Source of the DNA: Dictyobacter sp.
GTDB lineage: Bacteria; Chloroflexota; Ktedonobacteria; Ktedonobacterales; Ktedonobacteraceae
Direction: 5' to 3'
DNA length: 64,000 bases
Assembly (NCBI GenBank): GCA_035493535.1
Contig: DATJIE010000035.1
Span: forward strand, 10,053 to 74,052
Shown here: one piece after another, positions 1 through 10,700 of the stretch
Layout of the letters: every line of letters begins with the position of its first letter
How positions within the stretch are numbered: position 1 is the first letter of the stretch
The notes under the pieces: model-generated
Databases searched by the model: none
What the model was told of the DNA's origin: nothing
The model's input: the letters and a program-made list of their open reading frames with translations, nothing else
Translations under genes and position numbers: made by a program

Positions 1-599
1 ATGTTGAGGCTGCCAGTATTCCTCTGGCTGGTGGTACGGCATGGGATGCACTTATCACTCGTGCGCATTTGCGTGTTGGGGAGACGGTGCTGATTCATGG
101 AGGCACTGGTGGCGTCGGCTCACTGGCTGTGCAAATCGCGAAGGCTGCGGGTGCATATGTTTTCACTACCTGTAGTGGTAAGAACGTTGATTTTGCTCGC
201 CAACTGGGAGCTGATCGTGTAATTGATTACAATACAGAGAACTTCGTGGATGTCGTAGCAAGCGAGACGGCTGGTGAAGGTGTGGATGTTGTCTTTGACA
301 ATGTTGGGGGGGATGTTATTGCGAACAGCATTGCGGTCACAAAGAAATATGGCCGTATGGTCAGCATCGTGAATATCGAAGGGAACACCTGGCCTGCTCA
401 CTTGAAGAATATCGACTTCCACTATCTCTTTCTGGAGCGACATCGCTACAAATTAGATTTTCTGCGCACATTAATCGAGCGTGAGCAGATCAAGCCAGTT
501 ATTGATTCGGTTATGAGTCTGGAAGAGGTTGCCAGCGCGCATCAACGTCTGGAAAATGGCGGCGTACGTGGTAAAATCGTGCTTAAAATCCATGAATAG
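1..599 (+). CDS. NADPH:quinone oxidoreductase / zinc-type alcohol dehydrogenase superfamily (MDR) protein, C-terminal part; 5' end lies upstream of the window
   Basis: Frame 3 is open from nt 3 (VEAASIPLAGGTAWDAL...) into the listed ORF. Carries the Rossmann motif LIHGGTGGVGSLAVQIAK and the C-terminal GKIVLK typical of the QOR/MDR family. Confidence 0.8.
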   Translation, partial: VEAASIPLAGGTAWDALITRAHLRVGETVLIHGGTGGVGSLAVQIAKAAGAYVFTTCSGKNVDFARQLGADRVIDYNTENFVDVVASETAGEGVDVVFDNVGGDVIANSIAVTKKYGRMVSIVNIEGNTWPAHLKNIDFHYLFLERHRYKLDFLRTLIEREQIKPVIDSVMSLEEVASAHQRLENGGVRGKIVLKIHE

Positions 600-630
600 C
601 ACAGTGCCTTAGCGCTACTCATACATTCTG

Positions 631-676
631 AAGAGATCGTTATGTATTTTAGCCAAACATAGCGATCTCTTTTTTA
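631..676 (+). terminator. Rho-independent terminator of the MDR oxidoreductase gene
   Basis: 14-bp stem AAGAGATCGTTATG / CATAGCGATCTCTT (one G-T wobble) followed by TTTTTAG, about 30 nt after the stop codon. Confidence 0.6.
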
Positions 677-841
677 GTTGAGTTACATGAAGACACATAA
701 GATATATTGTCTCGCTCAATGCATGATTTTTTGCTATTTAAAATAGGTTATATGACACAGGTCTGGAAGAGTAATAGTATGTATTATTTGCATATATATA
801 AAGAATAATCTTCTATAACAGAAAGAAAAGGGAGATTTTAT

Positions 842-1624
842 ATGCAAAAGAGCAATATGGGAAGCATGTGGAGCCTGATGTTGTTGGGGGCAGCATTACT
901 CATGTTTGTTTTGCAGGTAATCAGTATTATTGGCTCTTTCTTCTGGCCTGTGCAAGAGGGATTACAGAGTTCGTGGCCGTCCTATCTGATTGTTCTGGTT
1001 CTGGCTGGCCTGGTTGTTATTGGTGCCTTTCTGGTGCGTACACGACAAGAAATACCTGTATTCTCGCAACGTATCGCCATTCCTTCTGGGCTGATTCTGG
1101 GAATGGTAGCAGCGATCTTGCTGTATATACCAGGAGTGAATATTGCGCTATTCTGGGCTGCGTTTGGTCTGGCCTGGTTAATTGCTCTGCTTTTTCAGAA
1201 TCCGGCAACGCTCGGTTCTGTTTCATGGCTGTTTGCTTTGATCAGCATCGCTCTCTATGTTGTTTTTGCAGCCGTTTATAGTACTTGTGCTTGTGTGGTT
1301 ACGCAACGGAGTTCCTCGATCAAACAGGGCATGTGGAGCAGTTTTATTGCTGTGGTCGCAACTTTTCTGGGAACGGTTCTGATTTTTACGTTGATTGATG
1401 CGATTGCTCATTTCTTTTTTCATACGGAAAGTAATGTTGTCTCACTTGCTCCTGTTTCAGGTGTGAGTCCTCTGCTGAGCTTTATTGTCAGTTATCAAGG
1501 TATTGTAGAAATAGTAGCTATGTGGCTAATTATACCTGTAATTGTTGGAATGCTGGTTTCACTGATTAGCGCATCCATTGCTCGTCGAACTATCGGGAGC
1601 TCCACACTGGCATCAGCAGAGTAA
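842..1624 (+). CDS. Hypothetical polytopic membrane protein
   Basis: No family recognised. Has 6-7 hydrophobic helices (e.g. LMLLGAALLMFVLQVISIIGSFFW, LIVLVLAGLVVIGAFLV). The ATG is preceded by a GGGAGA Shine-Dalgarno (SD). Confidence 0.6.
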   Translation: MQKSNMGSMWSLMLLGAALLMFVLQVISIIGSFFWPVQEGLQSSWPSYLIVLVLAGLVVIGAFLVRTRQEIPVFSQRIAIPSGLILGMVAAILLYIPGVNIALFWAAFGLAWLIALLFQNPATLGSVSWLFALISIALYVVFAAVYSTCACVVTQRSSSIKQGMWSSFIAVVATFLGTVLIFTLIDAIAHFFFHTESNVVSLAPVSGVSPLLSFIVSYQGIVEIVAMWLIIPVIVGMLVSLISASIARRTIGSSTLASAE

Positions 1625-2482
1625 GTTTTCAGTTTTTGATCAGATAGGCATAGAAGGCTATGGATGGTGTTAGATAAGGTCCATTCCAAAATTTGAGAGC
1701 ATATTGTGAGGGTAGAGCGGTGTTGGTGGCGAGCCTGAAGATGGTCTGATTGGCTGGCGGTGCTGGCTGTTTTCGGAACTGAAGCTGTTTTCGGTTTGCC
1801 ACTCCTGGTGAAGGGTATCTAAGAAGAAGAGCATAACAACTGCATTGAAATGTCATCAATAGTATCTCCGAAATCCTGCATTATCTCCCTTCTGCATCGG
1901 CTTGAAATCAGGTTTGACGCCAAAAGTCCCTGAATTGTTTCACTGGTTGCTTGTCATACGTGATAATAGGTAGAAGGATGGAAGCTCAGGCATGGTTCGG
2001 AAAAATAGTGTATGATGTAAGAACAGTAGTCTATGGGCAAGGGCGTATTACCCTCAAGCATTTTCTTGCCGGAGGCTATGAGTATTCTGGGATGAATAGC
2101 GCATATCTGGTATGGGTTGTGATAGCACAAAAGAGCGCCATAGAGCCAGTATGCCGGACAAGATACCCTAAATGGGCTATATGCGAAGAGGACTATCGAG
2201 CGTATCTTCTTGTGTCATGAAAGCTTTGCTGTAGGCAATTTATACATACAATCATTGTTAACAGGACCAGATTCATAAAAAAAGCAGAGATTGCCCCTTC
2301 AAGGTGTTTTGTTCTACCCAAAAACATGGTAAGCTAGCAAGAAGTGATGAATTTTTTTGTTTGCTTATATATAAATGCATCACTCCATTATCTGAAATAA
2401 TAGGCTATTTGATCGTATCTGGTTCGTTTCGAATGAACTACGTATCGTATCGCAGCCGAGACAAGGGAGAAGAGACAGATAC

Positions 2483-3805
2483 ATGAATGTTATACAGAAT
2501 TCGGGGGGGACGAAAAAACCCCATGTTGTGATAGTTGGTGCTGGTTTCGGTGGTATACGGGCGGCCAAGGCTTTAAAAGATGCTCCAGTGAATGTTACTG
2601 TCATTGATCGCAATAATCATCATCTCTTCCAGCCTTTGCTATATCAAGTTGCAACCGCAGTCTTATCTCCAGCGGATATCTCGGCCCCTATCCGCCATAT
2701 TCTCCGTGGTCAGAAAAATACAACGGTCATGCTGGCAGAAGTTACCGGCGTGGATCGTGAGAAGCAACTTGTTTTAACGAGCGAAGCACCTGTTCCTTAT
2801 GATCATCTGATCATCGCAACAGGTGCGAGTCATAGCTATTTTGGGCATGATGAGTGGGCACCGTATGCTCCTGGTATGAAGACCATTGTTGATGCGACTG
2901 CTCTGCGCCGTAAGATCCTGCTGGCGTTTGAACAGGCAGAGATGGAGACAGACCCTGATCTGCAAAGTGCTCTGATGACCTTTGTCTTGATTGGTGCAGG
3001 CCCAACAGGTGTCGAAATGGCGGGAGCGATCGCAGAATTAGCTCATACGGCATTGGCATCTGATTTTAGAAATATTGATCCACGTTCAGCGCGAATTATT
3101 CTTGTTGAGGCATTGCCACGTATTCTGCCAATGTTTGATGAGGGGCTTGCGAAAACTGCTCATCACGCACTGAATCATTTGGGTGTTGAGGTTCGTACCG
3201 GTTCTCCTGTTACTGGCGTGAATGAGAGTGGCGTGATGATCGCTGATAATCTGCTGCCTGCGAAAACAGTGATCTGGACCGCTGGTGTCGCGGCGTCTCC
3301 TGCTGGTAAATGGTTAGAAGCTGAAGTTGACCGGGCTGGTCGTGTCAAGGTGACCGAGGAACTCTTATTGCCTGGTAGCTCCAACATCTATGTAATTGGT
3401 GACACATCATCATTGATGATTGACGGCAAACCAGTTCCTGGCGTTGCACCTGCCGCGATGCAGGAAGGTGACTATGTTGGTGGGGTGATTGCGAAGAAGG
3501 CTGTGAACAGTGTTGAACCAGTGACGCCGTTCCAGTATGTGAATAAAGGAAACCTGGCGACGATTGGTCGTGGCTATGGCATTGTTGATCTGGGGAACAT
3601 CAAGTTCTCTGGTCTGCCTGCCTGGATTTTCTGGTTGATTGTACACATTGCCTTCCTGGTCGGATTCCGTAATCGCATGCTGGTGGCATTCCAGGCTATC
3701 TGGGGTTATGCTACCTATCAAAGAGGCGCTCGCCTGATCACCGCTGATGCGAGAGGAAAAGCGCGTATCGAAGAAGTAAAACGTGAATTAGTGAAGAGCG
3801 AATAG
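2483..3805 (+). CDS. ndh: Type II NADH dehydrogenase (NDH-2), FAD-dependent pyridine nucleotide-disulfide oxidoreductase
   Basis: FAD Rossmann fold VVIVGAGFGGIRAAKAL, second dinucleotide fold LIGAGPTGVEMAG, IYVIGD motif and a hydrophobic C-terminal segment. GGGAGAAGAG SD precedes the ATG. Confidence 0.85.
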   Translation: MNVIQNSGGTKKPHVVIVGAGFGGIRAAKALKDAPVNVTVIDRNNHHLFQPLLYQVATAVLSPADISAPIRHILRGQKNTTVMLAEVTGVDREKQLVLTSEAPVPYDHLIIATGASHSYFGHDEWAPYAPGMKTIVDATALRRKILLAFEQAEMETDPDLQSALMTFVLIGAGPTGVEMAGAIAELAHTALASDFRNIDPRSARIILVEALPRILPMFDEGLAKTAHHALNHLGVEVRTGSPVTGVNESGVMIADNLLPAKTVIWTAGVAASPAGKWLEAEVDRAGRVKVTEELLLPGSSNIYVIGDTSSLMIDGKPVPGVAPAAMQEGDYVGGVIAKKAVNSVEPVTPFQYVNKGNLATIGRGYGIVDLGNIKFSGLPAWIFWLIVHIAFLVGFRNRMLVAFQAIWGYATYQRGARLITADARGKARIEEVKRELVKSE

Positions 3806-3867
3806 CTTTTTTCTCTCTTTACTGCTTTTTCGACTGAAATCCGGCAAATTCGCACTATGTTTATTGA

Positions 3868-3910
3868 TGAGGGCAGGTGTACCATATTGAACACCTGCCC
3901 TCATTTTTTG
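3868..3910 (+). terminator. Rho-independent terminator downstream of ndh
   Basis: 13-bp stem TGAGGGCAGGTGT / ACACCTGCCCTCA followed by TTTTTTG. Confidence 0.7.
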
Positions 3911-4162
3911 CTCTTCATAGAAAACACACAACTTTCTGTTTTTCCTTTCCTCTGTTTTCCATGCTTCACGTGCAAACAGCATAAGAGACTGGTTTCCAGC
4001 AATCATTTTACCGTTAGCATTTGATGGGCAGATTCAGGCGAATGGGAGCATTTCAGGCACGTATTGTAGTTATGGCGGTAATGGTCGGTGTGAGAAGAGA
4101 CAGGGAGGATGGGGGAGCTGGTAGGGGACTCCTGGTACGGGGTTGGTGCCTTCTGCCACTGA

Positions 4163-4205
4163 AAAGAATAGGATCGGTCAACATTCCTGACCGATCCTAT
4201 TCTTT
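4163..4205 (-). terminator. Terminator hairpin downstream of amt
   Basis: 18-bp perfect inverted repeat AAAGAATAGGATCGGTCA / TGACCGATCCTATTCTTT, 15 nt past the amt stop. On the minus strand the stem runs into TTCTTTTC. Confidence 0.6.
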
Positions 4206-4219
4206 GCTTTTGTGTGCTT

Positions 4220-5608
4220 TTAGAAGCGATATCCTTCTTCGCCATGTACTGCCATATCCAGACCAAGGACCTCTTCTTTTTCCGAGACACGCAGTCCCAG
4301 GAAGGAGATCACTTTCAGGATAATGAAGGTTGCAATGAAGGCATATCCAGCACTGACAACAACCGCAAGCAACTGTACTAATAATTGATGTGGATTACCA
4401 AAGAGCAGACCATTATTGCCCGCGCTATTGATTGCTTTCTCAGCGAAAACGCCTGTCAGCAGAGCGCCAACAACGCCTCCCATACCATGTCCAGCCCAGA
4501 CATCCAACGTATCATCAATTTTGGTGCGTTTATTGCGCAGCAGCAGGATGAGGTAGGTAACCAGACCGGTGAGAATACCGATAGCGATACTGGCAACTGG
4601 TCCAACAAAGCCACTGGCTGGCGTAATACCAACCAGACCAGCGACTGCTCCGGTACCCATCGCCATCGCGCTTGGTTTGCCGGTTTCGGCCCAGCTTAAT
4701 GTCATCCAGGTTAAGCCAGAGGCAGCGGCGGCAGTATTGGTAACGACAAATGCGCTGACAGCAAGAGGAGAGGCGGCCAGTGCGCTACCAGCATTAAAGC
4801 CGAACCAGCCGAACCAGAGCATAGCCACACCTAGAAGTGTGAATGGGATATTGCCAGCTTCCATCGCTTGACCCTGTTTGTGACCAACGCGGCGACCAAC
4901 CACAAGGGCTGCGGCGAGGCCAGAGAAACCAGCACTGATATGAACGACTGTGCCTCCCGCGAAGTCTAACGCGCCCAGGTTGTGCAACCAGCCACCCTGA
5001 CCCCAGACCCAGTGTGCGATTGGATCATAGACCAGCGTTGTCCAGAGCAGAACGAAGACGACCAGCGTGCGGAAGCGAACGCGCTCGGCAAATGAGCCAA
5101 TGATTAATGCTGGCGTGATGATCGCGAACATCGCCTGGAAGACCATAAAGTCGAGCTGTGGAATAGTGGCAGCATAATAGGTATTGGGGGCAAAGCCAAC
5201 GTTCGCCAGTCCAAAAAGGTTCAGTCCGCCAATGATCCCTCCATGGTCTGCGCCAAACACCAGACTATACCCACAGAGAACCCATTGTAAACTCACTAAA
5301 GCGAGAATAAGAAATGATTGCTTGATAATACTTACAACGTTTTTACTACGGACCATGCCACCATAGAAGAAACCTACGCCCGGCGTCATAAACATAACCA
5401 GCGCAGAAGCGGTCAGAACCCAGGCTGTATCGCCAGAGTTAATGGAGCTGGGATTAAATGAACCGGCAGAGGCACCTGCAAAAAATTTGGCTCCGAAACC
5501 GATGACCGCACCGATTAAAAGAATAACTACTGCTGCGATACCGAATGTACGCCATGTTGAATCAGATTGTTCGGATTGTACAGCATCAATATTTTGTGTT
5601 GTTGCCAT
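4220..5608 (-). CDS. amt: Ammonium transporter (Amt/MEP family)
   Basis: 11-12 TM helices. Amt signature DFAGGTVVHISAGF and second conserved His context VWAGHGMGG. Confidence 0.95.
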   Translation of the reverse strand: MATTQNIDAVQSEQSDSTWRTFGIAAVVILLIGAVIGFGAKFFAGASAGSFNPSSINSGDTAWVLTASALVMFMTPGVGFFYGGMVRSKNVVSIIKQSFLILALVSLQWVLCGYSLVFGADHGGIIGGLNLFGLANVGFAPNTYYAATIPQLDFMVFQAMFAIITPALIIGSFAERVRFRTLVVFVLLWTTLVYDPIAHWVWGQGGWLHNLGALDFAGGTVVHISAGFSGLAAALVVGRRVGHKQGQAMEAGNIPFTLLGVAMLWFGWFGFNAGSALAASPLAVSAFVVTNTAAAASGLTWMTLSWAETGKPSAMAMGTGAVAGLVGITPASGFVGPVASIAIGILTGLVTYLILLLRNKRTKIDDTLDVWAGHGMGGVVGALLTGVFAEKAINSAGNNGLLFGNPHQLLVQLLAVVVSAGYAFIATFIILKVISFLGLRVSEKEEVLGLDMAVHGEEGYRF

Positions 5609-6122
5609 GCTTCTCCCTTACAAAGTATCCAAGTATCAGAACGATTGTTGAATCCACGCGGCGACTCTGGCTGTGGTGAAGATCACTTCTATTTTTATGC
5701 AAATTGACAAAAGCAAAGACCGTTATGCTTGATTGCGATGCTTCGATGCATCAAAATATATTGTTTGCCGAGAAGTGAATGTGTGATTTGTACAAAATAA
5801 TATGTGTTAAGAAACTGTACCACGAAGGAAAGAAACTGGTGAACTGTAAAAATGTCTGAAGTTGCAGGTAACAAAATTGGGCAACATGCACAACGCATGT
5901 TGGCTATTCTGCCATAATATACATCATTGCAGGGGTTTCAATGATGATAAGCTGTATGTTTTTGTTATATCTGAATAATCAGGTTTAAGCAGAGCAAACA
6001 ATCAAGGAGTGAGATGTCTCTTCTCATGAATGTATCTTCCACAGACACCGTGATTTGTGATATACTCCATTTCGCCACAAAGATAGAAAATTTTCACCTG
6101 TACTGGGCATTGGGGATAAAAC

Positions 6123-7445
6123 ATGTTTTATGATCATACAAAAATATTTGTAAAAGCCGGAGATGGCGGCGACGGTTCAATGCATTTCCGTCGAGAGAAG
6201 TTTGCTCCATTTGGTGGGCCGGATGGAGGGGATGGTGGGAGAGGCGGCTCCATTTACTTTGAGGCCACTAATAGTGCGAATACACTGATTGATTATCGGT
6301 ATCGTCAGCAGTTCAAGGCATTTTCCGGGGTTGCGGGAGCGCGGCAGAAAATGCATGGAGCAAAGGGAGAAGATGTCGTTCTACAGGTACCTTGTGGTAC
6401 GATTATTCGCGATGCTGATACAGGGGATTTAGTGGCAGATCTGGTAGATGATGGTCAACGGGTTATGGTGGCACGTGGTGGTCGTGGTGGTTTGGGGAAT
6501 ACCCATTTTGCGACGTCAACACATCAGGCTCCACGTGAGGCACAAAAGGGGGAGCCTGGTGAGGAACGCTGGTTGAATCTGGAATTGCGCTTGATTGCTG
6601 ATGTGGGTCTGGTTGGATATCCGAACGCTGGCAAGTCAACCTTGCTCTCCGTTGTAACTGCTGCGAAGCCAAAGATTGCTGATTATCCGTTTACGACATT
6701 GGAGCCAAATCTTGGTGTGGTTGAGGTAGGTGCTCCTCGTAGTGGAGATGGCGATAGTTTTGTGCTGGCAGATATTCCTGGTTTGATTGATGGTGCGGCT
6801 CAAGGTGTGGGTCTGGGTCATGAGTTTCTGCGTCATGTTCGCCGTACGCGTCTGTTGATCCACATGCTTGATGGGGCTGCGTTTGATCGTGATCCCTGGC
6901 AAGATTTTGAGCAGATTAACCGTGAATTGCGCGAATATAATGAAGATTTGGCGAAACGCCCGCAAATTATTGTGTTGAACAAGATGGATGTGTCAGAAGC
7001 TCAGGAACACTGGCCTGCGTTGAAGGCTCGTGCTGAGAAAGAGGGATATCCAATCTTTGCGCTATCTGCGGTTTCTCACCAGGGAACATCGGACCTGATG
7101 GAGTATACATCGCGACAACTGCAAGAAATAAGAGAGGCTGAGGCTGAGCGTGCTGCCATCCCGGTTGGCGCGGATTTGCGTCCCACCACTGAAGATGAAG
7201 CTCCGGTCTTGCGTCCGCAACCGGTTGATGCATTTACCATCAAGAAAGAGAATGGTATCTACATTGTACAGGGACGACGTGTTGAGCGAGCGGTAAATAT
7301 GACTGATCCTGAAAGCGAAGAAGGTATGGATCGTCTACAGGTCACATTGGAGAAGATGGGTGTGACGAAAGCGCTGGAGGCGGCGGGGGTCAATGTTGGC
7401 GATGTGGTCCGTTTTGGCAAAATGGAGCTTTATTGGGGAGAATAA
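6123..7445 (+). CDS. obg: GTPase Obg/CgtA
   Basis: Glycine-rich Obg fold (GDGGDGSMHFRREKF, GGPDGGDGGRGG). G1 GYPNAGKST, G3 DIPGLI, G4 NKMD. C-terminal OCT-like domain. Confidence 0.95.
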   Translation: MFYDHTKIFVKAGDGGDGSMHFRREKFAPFGGPDGGDGGRGGSIYFEATNSANTLIDYRYRQQFKAFSGVAGARQKMHGAKGEDVVLQVPCGTIIRDADTGDLVADLVDDGQRVMVARGGRGGLGNTHFATSTHQAPREAQKGEPGEERWLNLELRLIADVGLVGYPNAGKSTLLSVVTAAKPKIADYPFTTLEPNLGVVEVGAPRSGDGDSFVLADIPGLIDGAAQGVGLGHEFLRHVRRTRLLIHMLDGAAFDRDPWQDFEQINRELREYNEDLAKRPQIIVLNKMDVSEAQEHWPALKARAEKEGYPIFALSAVSHQGTSDLMEYTSRQLQEIREAEAERAAIPVGADLRPTTEDEAPVLRPQPVDAFTIKKENGIYIVQGRRVERAVNMTDPESEEGMDRLQVTLEKMGVTKALEAAGVNVGDVVRFGKMELYWGE

Positions 7446-7559
7446 GGAAGCATCACATTTTTTATGCACATCTGATCACAATTAAATATATTGCCAGAAA
7501 TTTGCCTTCTCTCTGAAAAGGCATGACGTCGATGGTGTCGTTGGTGAGATGCCATGTAG

Positions 7560-7597
7560 AACGCGCTATCCTGCTGAAAGCGCGTTTCTTTTTTTAT
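7560..7597 (+). terminator. Rho-independent terminator of obg
   Basis: Stem AACGCGCT / AGCGCGTT followed by TCTTTTTTTAT. Confidence 0.7.
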
Positions 7598-7720
7598 GAT
7601 TCTGTGCAGTTCTTGTTCTGGAAGAACTATGTTATACTAGCACAAGAAGATGTGGAGATGTACTCGGGTAGAGCAGGTACGATAGCAAGCAAGCAACGGA
7701 ATGCGAGAAGTTTCTGACTC

Positions 7721-10700
7721 ATGGGTGAGACATTAAATGTAGTTATCCAGGCTCGTGAAAATGGGTCATATGAGATTGAGGTGCGCGAAAGCTGGTCCGG
7801 CTATGCTGTACGTGATATATTTATTCCTCCGTACACGAGCAGACAGATAACGGTATTACAGAAGCGTTTGAATACGTTAGATAGTAGCGATGGTGAATTA
7901 CAACGGATCGGATATCGTCTTTTTTCCGCGCTCTGTGGTTCTACGAATGCGACAGCATCTGATCAACCAGTGGCACAGGATCGTTCAGTCCAGGGTGTGC
8001 TGCAAGGGGTGATTCAGCGTACATTAAGACGGCGTGGCACCGTGGCTCTTACACTTATTTTTGGCCCTGGCTGTGAGGAATTCATCCGTTATCCCTGGGA
8101 GCTTTTGCATAATGGTGATCATTTCCTGCTCGTTTCGGGTGTGTTTACGCTGACACGTGCTTTGTGGCGTCCAGATGCTCCAATTAGCTGTGGATTGCCT
8201 GTACAGCCCCCATTTCGTGTTCTTTATATTGGTTCATCCCCTATTGATTGTGCTCCATTAGAGACGGAACGTAGTTTCCATGAAATGGAAGAGGCGCTTT
8301 CTCCTCTCATTGATGCCGGACAGGTTTTTTTGGATCGTCTTGAGCCGCCTACGTTTGGACAACTGGTCCGATATCTGAATTCGTATGGTGGCGCGGGCAT
8401 GTTGGATGATAGTGAGACAACCTATCCATGTTATATTGTCCATTTCGATGGACATGGGGTCTATGGTCGTTTATGTCCTGCTGAAAACTGTGAAACAGTG
8501 AATGATCCTGAGGTCCGTCGCTGTCGAGCCTGTGGTGCATTGCTCACACGTATAAAACCACAGACCTATCTTTGTTTCTGTGATGATGAAGGTTACAATA
8601 GTTTTGTTGATACACAATCGTTACGTCGGTTGTTACTGAGCAGTGACGTGCGTTTGACAGTGCTCTCGGCGTGTGAGACGGCGGCTGTGACAGCGGAACA
8701 TGCGGTGCAGCAGCAGCAACAGCAGACCGCTATTGATGCTTCTCTGGCAACGGCGCTGGTCACTGCTCAGGTACCTGCAGTTGTCGCGATGCCTTTTTCA
8801 TTGCAGGATGATCTGACCCCGATATTTATGTATCATTTTTATGAGGCTCTGGCTTCTCACCGTACATTAGAAGAAGCCCTTTCCCGTGCTAGGCAGGCGA
8901 TGTTAATCCGGCAACAGAAAAGCTGGTTTATTCCCGTGCTGTATCGGCATGTTGCTGAAGGTGATGAGGGACCAGTGCCATTTCTGGCATCTGCTGATGC
9001 GGTGGGGGAACGCGCTCATCCTTTGCGCCATCTGATGCCACCGGCATCATTTGTCGGACGTGAGCGTGAATTGCGAGAGCTTGATACCGTGTTGACCAAT
9101 GCGGCGGTAGGAGAAGAGACATTTGAGAGCAACGGGCGTATGCGCACCCGTCAGTTCTATCATCAGATTGCTCTGACTGGTGCTGCTGGCATTGGTAAAA
9201 GTGCGCTGGCGTATGAGGTTGTACGCCGGAATCGTGATAAGTTCCCTGGTGGAATCATAGGCATTTCTTTGCAGGATGGGAAAACGTTTGCTGATGCCCT
9301 GTTAGAAATTGTGCAAGCGATGCACATCAGCGGAGGGACACGCACAAATGTTACGACGACTGATGGGAAATATCGTGCTCGTCTGGTCTTAAATGTATTA
9401 CGTTCGCTGGCGAATCGTGAATTACCCTGTCTGCTCTTGCTTGATAGCTTTGAAGAGATTGTTGATCGTACCGAGTTAGAGGCATGGTTGCAATTTTTAA
9501 ATGAGCTGCCGCTGGAAACGACTGTATTGCTCACATCACGTTTGAATCCAGCCCATATGATGGTAACAGAGGGATATCAGGGACGCTGGTATGAGTATCG
9601 TGTCGGGAAAATGACCAATGAGAATTTGTTGCGTCTTTTTATTGAGTTGGCTGGTTCAAGTGGTCTGGATCATCGTATTCAGTTAGATAATCCTAAACAG
9701 CAGCAGATTTTGCAGGAGATTTGTATGCTGTTGGATGGGTATCCGCTGGGCGCGGAGTTGCTTTTTGGCACTGCGCGTTCTATTTATGGGCAGTTATATA
9801 CTCCTGAAGCGGCAACACGATCCCTGGAAGAGGTGCGTGATGAATTGCATAATATTCCGCTGGCTGGTATCCAGGCCGTATTAGAAGTCGCGTACAATCG
9901 CTTGTCGACACTTGCTCGTCTGTTGTTGTCATATCTGGCCGCCTTCAAGTTACCGTTTAATCGCGAACAGATTGCGATGTTGATCGCACCAGGAACATTA
10001 TCCTCTGTCCCTGAAGTTATCCAACAATTCCCTGATACGTTTACGCAAAATGAGGTTGTATCTACCGCGCTGGCACATACGTGGAGATCAGCACGTGATG
10101 AGTTGGTGCAGGCATCTTTTATGCATTTTGATGGCAACCTGTATACCATCCATTTGCAGACGCGTAACTTTGCTTTAGCGCAGTTGCCACTGGAGGAGAA
10201 GCGTAGAGTGCATCGGGTGGTGGCGGCATATTATCATCATTTACCGCAGCCAGGTGCGGCGGAGTGGTTAGAAGCGGTTGAACATTTAGAAGCGGCGGGA
10301 GAATTGCGCGATTTGCAAGAGGCTGTGCATGTAGTTGTGCGGGCATCAATTGCGTTAGAGGGAGAGGGCTATTTGCGCGAACTGTTGCCCATGTTGCAGC
10401 GTGCGGCGGGATATGTCAACCGTCTGGGTGATAGGGTGGGTGAGGCGCAGGTGCAATGTCGTCTGGGTGTTTCCTTGCGGCATCTGGGCCAGACGGCTGC
10501 AGCAGAGTCCTGTTTGAAGCAGAGCCTGGTAATCTACCAACAACTGGATCAGCATGATTTAGCGGAGCATATTGGCTGGCTCTATTATGAGCTTGCGCTG
10601 TTGTGCTGTATTACGGGCGATTTTCGGCAGGCAAACGTGTATGCGCAGCAGGGGGTGGCTGTTTTTCAGAGTAAGCAGCATGTGGCTGGTGAAGGGTGGT

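Noticed and set aside
4021-4323. A 100-aa ORF downstream of amt, considered as a candidate PII or GlnK.
   Set aside because: The translation is Arg/Gly-rich with no PII signature (no T-loop YRG motif). It spans the amt terminator hairpin and overlaps the 3' end of amt on the opposite strand.
7523-7717. A 64-aa ORF just upstream of the giant STAND gene, considered as a possible partner or leader peptide.
   Set aside because: Its coding sequence runs straight through the obg terminator hairpin and T-run and through the candidate promoter of the next gene. It has no SD.
8708-8725. The CAG/CAA hexa-glutamine tract as a hypervariable simple-sequence contingency locus.
   Set aside because: It has only six codons of mixed CAG/CAA, stays in frame and is too short for efficient slippage. 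It is treated as part of the protein linker.
9163-10149. Antisense ORFs of 123 and 121 aa inside the CHAT-NB-ARC-TPR gene.
   Set aside because: Same reasoning: the sense frame contains the Walker A/B and GxP motifs here, and the antisense products are Ser/Arg-rich with no motifs.
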